A stretch of DNA of 58,047 nucleotides from a virus (Duplodnaviria > Caudoviricetes). The stretch covers positions 1 to 58,047 of IMG/VR virus record IMGVR_UViG_3300048582_000144; one strand, written 5' to 3'. Position numbers and translations under genes: made by a program. A model generated the notes under the pieces. That model saw nothing but the letters and a program-made list of their open reading frames with translations. It ran no database searches and had not been told where the DNA came from. Below are positions 55,707-58,047 of this stretch, in pieces. The stretch's first letter is position 1. Each line of letters begins with the position of its first letter.

Positions 55707-55821
55707 CGCTAACGCTCAAACTGAGCCATGCGGTTGCTTGGCGCGATCAGTGCCCGCACGCAGTGCGGAAATAGCACTGATCGTGACAAGCAATCGCATT
55801 GGCTCCAGTGCTTTGTTAGGC
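55707..55821 (-). mobile_element. attC site (long, well paired)
   Basis: R'' GCCTAAC, R' GTTAGCG. CTG-AGCCA-TGCGGTTGCTTGGCGCGATCAGTGC versus CTGGAGCCAATGCGATTGCTTGTCACGATCAGTGC. Confidence 0.93.
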
Positions 55822-56178
55822 TCATTTTTCATTTAGCTCGTTGTTATGGCGTTCGATTTCTTTAAGGTATCCGCTTTCAGGACGATGCCTCTGCCTCAAT
55901 CGATTCATAATCTCTTCTCTATCGTCCTTTGATCGGGGTCGTTCTGGAAAAAAGTAGAAAATTGACCGGTAATACAGCTCGCTGGTGATACTCTCACGCG
56001 GTTTGTGGTCATGCGTGCTCTCGTATCCAATAATGTAGAGCGTGGAGTGTAATCCGGCGGGATATAAAATGGGACCACGCCTTGCGCCGACTGCGTTCGC
56101 GCCGGCAAAAATCGGAGCGGCAAGATACGCGAACCCCACGGCGGCGCACGTCAGGATGATTACGGCTCTGCGTTTCAT
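55822..56178 (-). CDS. exported/membrane hypothetical protein, canonical-orientation cassette
   Basis: GTTAGGC-AGAAGA-ATG start; stop abuts R''; hydrophobic N-terminus. Confidence 0.75.
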   Translation of the reverse strand: MKRRAVIILTCAAVGFAYLAAPIFAGANAVGARRGPILYPAGLHSTLYIIGYESTHDHKPRESITSELYYRSIFYFFPERPRSKDDREEIMNRLRQRHRPESGYLKEIERHNNELNEK

Positions 56179-56184
56179 TCTTCT

Positions 56185-56311
56185 GCCTAACGTCAAAGGC
56201 CTGGCACCCCTGATCGGGAGCGAGCCTTCGACTGTGGTGTAAGGTTTATCATGCCAGTGGTCAATCGAACTCAAAGCGTATCAGGGGTTGTCCAGCGCCG
56301 GCTTGTTGGGC
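56185..56311 (-). mobile_element. attC site
   Basis: R'' GCCCAAC, R' GTTAGGC. GGC-CTGG-CA-CCCCTGAT versus GGCGCTGGACAACCCCTGAT. Confidence 0.9.
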
Positions 56312-56315
56312 TGTC

Positions 56316-56675
56316 TTATTGAGTCGGTCCATCGGCCACGAGTAAAGATGATCCTGCCTGTAGAACCAAGGCGGAATGGAACCAGATGAGAATCAATCCA
56401 AGACCGATTCCGCTAATCAATGTCCACCGCTTCGAGAACGATCCCGTATCATCGCGTTCACTCCAGATGGTGTATACTACCCATGCGAGTGGAATCAGAA
56501 TGAGGGTAAAACCCCAATTCCGGACGAATAGCATTAGAAGTGGAATATCGGCGAACTCATCAGGATATCCTCTGACTTTGAGTGTGACACCGAGCATGAG
56601 GGAACCTGTCATAATGATGCCCGCATGTAGGGCTCCAATAATCCTCTGCAATCGATACTCATCACGAAAGATCAT
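56316..56675 (-). CDS. three-helix membrane protein, canonical-orientation cassette
   Basis: Core ends GTTGGGC/GCCCAAC; stop 4 nt from R''. Confidence 0.78.
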   Translation of the reverse strand: MIFRDEYRLQRIIGALHAGIIMTGSLMLGVTLKVRGYPDEFADIPLLMLFVRNWGFTLILIPLAWVVYTIWSERDDTGSFSKRWTLISGIGLGLILIWFHSALVLQAGSSLLVADGPTQ

Positions 56676-56697
56676 CGAGTTAGCTTTCTATTATTTT

Positions 56698-56755
56698 GCC
56701 CAACATCCGCCGATCAGACACGCCGTAGGCGTTGTCTGTATCGCGCTGGTTAGCA
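56698..56755 (-). mobile_element. minimal 58-bp attC site
   Basis: Minus strand TGCTAAC-CAGCG-CGATACAGACAACGCC-TAC-GGCGTGTCTGATCG-GCGGAT-GTTGGGC. Confidence 0.93.
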
Positions 56756-56766
56756 CTCTTCTAAAA

Positions 56767-57030
56767 ATGAACTACTCCACAATAATCGAACGCATCTCTC
56801 CCGACTCACTCAGCCGGGTAGAATACCGTTACTGGCAGCGCGCCGAAATGCGCATGGAACTGGACTGGATAGTCCACCAGACGCGCCCTACAAAACGGCA
56901 CGGCTGGCGTCTTGAAAAACGCTGGTCGCGCCTGCAATCGCGAAACAACAACATGGCCAGAGAGGAGCCACCGCAGGACGTAAAAGACGAACTGCGCAAG
57001 AAAATCAACGATGCGCTCTCTTTCTGCTAA
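56767..57030 (+). CDS. hypothetical protein (RPTKRHGW motif), cassette-borne
   Basis: Core ends GTTAGCA/TGCTAAC; stop TAA lies within the core. Confidence 0.7.
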   Translation: MNYSTIIERISPDSLSRVEYRYWQRAEMRMELDWIVHQTRPTKRHGWRLEKRWSRLQSRNNNMAREEPPQDVKDELRKKINDALSFC

Positions 57031-57111
57031 CGCCGATGTGGATACGCGGCGCGCAGATGCCCGAACTCAACAAGGCGGCTAGTCGCCGTCGTATCCCACG
57101 ACTTGTTCCCC
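57025..57111 (-). mobile_element. attC site
   Basis: R'' GGGGAAC, R' GTTAGCA. GTGG-ATACG-CGGCG versus GTGGGATACGACGGCG. Confidence 0.9.
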
Positions 57112-57140
57112 GTTGCCCGAATCACCGAAAGACTAACATC

Positions 57141-57953
57141 ATGGAAAACTCTAAAATCGAATGGACTCACCACACCTTCAATCCGTGGAACGGATGCACG
57201 AAGGTATCGCCCGGCTGTCTGCACTGCTACGCCGAAACGCTCATGGATACCCGATATGGTCGGGTGAAGTGGGGAAAAGGACAGCCACGCTCTCGCACGG
57301 CTGCTGAAAACTGGCGCAAGCCGAAGCAATGGAACAAAGCCGCCGACGGTGCCGCCGAGCGTCCACGGGTGTTCTGCGCGTCACTGGCTGACTGGCTCGA
57401 CGACGAGGTGCCGATTGAGTGGCTGGCGGATCTGCTGGAACTCATCGCGGCAACTCCGAATCTTGACTGGCTGCTACTCACCAAACGCCCCGAAAACTGG
57501 TATCGCCGCGTGAGCCTCGTAGATGGCGAAATGGCGGAAAGCTGGATCGACTGCATCGACATGCCCGAGCGTGGAACTATCCCCGAAAACGTATGGATCG
57601 GAACAAGCGCGGAAGATCAAACGCGATGGGATGAGCGGATGCCGCTACTCATGGAAATTCCCGCCCGCGTCCGCTTCGTGAGTGCGGAGCCGCTGGTCGG
57701 CAGAATCCACATGGGCGAGCTTCGCCCCGACTGGCTGATCGTCGGCGGTGAGAGTGGACCAGGCGCAAGGCCCATGGAACGCGAGTGGGTGGAAATCCTC
57801 TGCGACCAATGCGACGACCGAACCGCCTTCCACTTCAAGCAGTGGGGAGGCGTGGACAAGAAAGCCACTGGCCGCGTGCTGAATGGCCGGACATGGGACG
57901 AATTACCATCTTCGGGGAACGCCGAGTCCATCCACCCCGAATCGAAGCCTTAA
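57141..57953 (+). CDS. phage Gp37/Gp68 (DUF5131) radical-SAM-like protein, cassette-borne
   Basis: SKIEWT..TFNPW.GCTKVSPGC.HCYA, LLTKRP, SAEPL, GGESG..ARPM, FKQWGG; core ends GTTCCCC/GGGGAAC. Confidence 0.92.
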   Translation: MENSKIEWTHHTFNPWNGCTKVSPGCLHCYAETLMDTRYGRVKWGKGQPRSRTAAENWRKPKQWNKAADGAAERPRVFCASLADWLDDEVPIEWLADLLELIAATPNLDWLLLTKRPENWYRRVSLVDGEMAESWIDCIDMPERGTIPENVWIGTSAEDQTRWDERMPLLMEIPARVRFVSAEPLVGRIHMGELRPDWLIVGGESGPGARPMEREWVEILCDQCDDRTAFHFKQWGGVDKKATGRVLNGRTWDELPSSGNAESIHPESKP

Positions 57954-58040
57954 AATCATGAACCAGAATCAAACTGAATCGAAGCCGCCAAGCGTTGAAG
58001 AACCCCGTAATGAGGGGTTGGATGGGACGCCTTGTTCGGC
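57914..58040 (-). mobile_element. attC site
   Basis: R'' GCCGAAC, R' GTTCCCC. GTCC-ATCCA-CCCC versus GTCCCATCCAACCCC; the loop holds one stop and one start codon. Confidence 0.88.
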
Positions 58041-58047
58041 ATTCTCT
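57958..58047 (+). CDS. 5' fragment of the next cassette gene, starting inside the attC loop
   Basis: ATG 4 nt after the upstream stop; open to the window end (MNQNQTESKPPSVEEPRNEGLDGTPCSAFS). Confidence 0.45.
   Translation, partial: MNQNQTESKPPSVEEPRNEGLDGTPCSAFS

Noticed and set aside
54821-58040. CRISPR array or REP-type repeat interpretation of the spaced hairpins
   Set aside because: The repeats differ in sequence and length (58-127 bp), the spacers are whole genes, and the cassette-specific core pairing fits attC.
57958-58047. Direct circular join of the window end to the window start
   Set aside because: There is no terminal overlap, the cassette cores are not complementary and the open frame would stop almost at once.

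Overview
The window looks like most of a temperate, probably podovirus-like phage genome in non-integrated form (an intact attP-like site sits beside the integrase, with phage genes on both sides). The host is inferred, not shown, to be a Verrucomicrobia-type bacterium. Gene order: dnaB, small and large terminase, a 5517-aa polyvalent (probably ejected) protein, portal, tail/receptor and lysis genes, scaffold, major capsid, further virion genes, integrase + attP (3' half of a tRNA-Thr), repressor switch, then an early operon (Xis, MarR, RecT, YqaJ exonuclease, sulfotransferase, RecU). The main discovery is an integron-type cassette system with no integron integrase in the window. It has 10 attC-like hairpins (92-180, 2324-2444 and eight at 54821-58040) and two nearly identical attI-like sites (488-530, 2783-2825). 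All nine complete cassettes have their own mutually complementary 7-bp core ends. Most cassettes carry phage-type genes inverted relative to attC, so they are co-oriented with phage transcription, and several read through the crossover with AAC as an in-frame Asn codon. Two cassettes look like ordinary bacterial integron cassettes. Other signals are a repeated late-promoter motif, repeat-bounded domain modules in the giant gene and several structured non-coding elements. All family calls come from motif recognition by eye; no database search was run.
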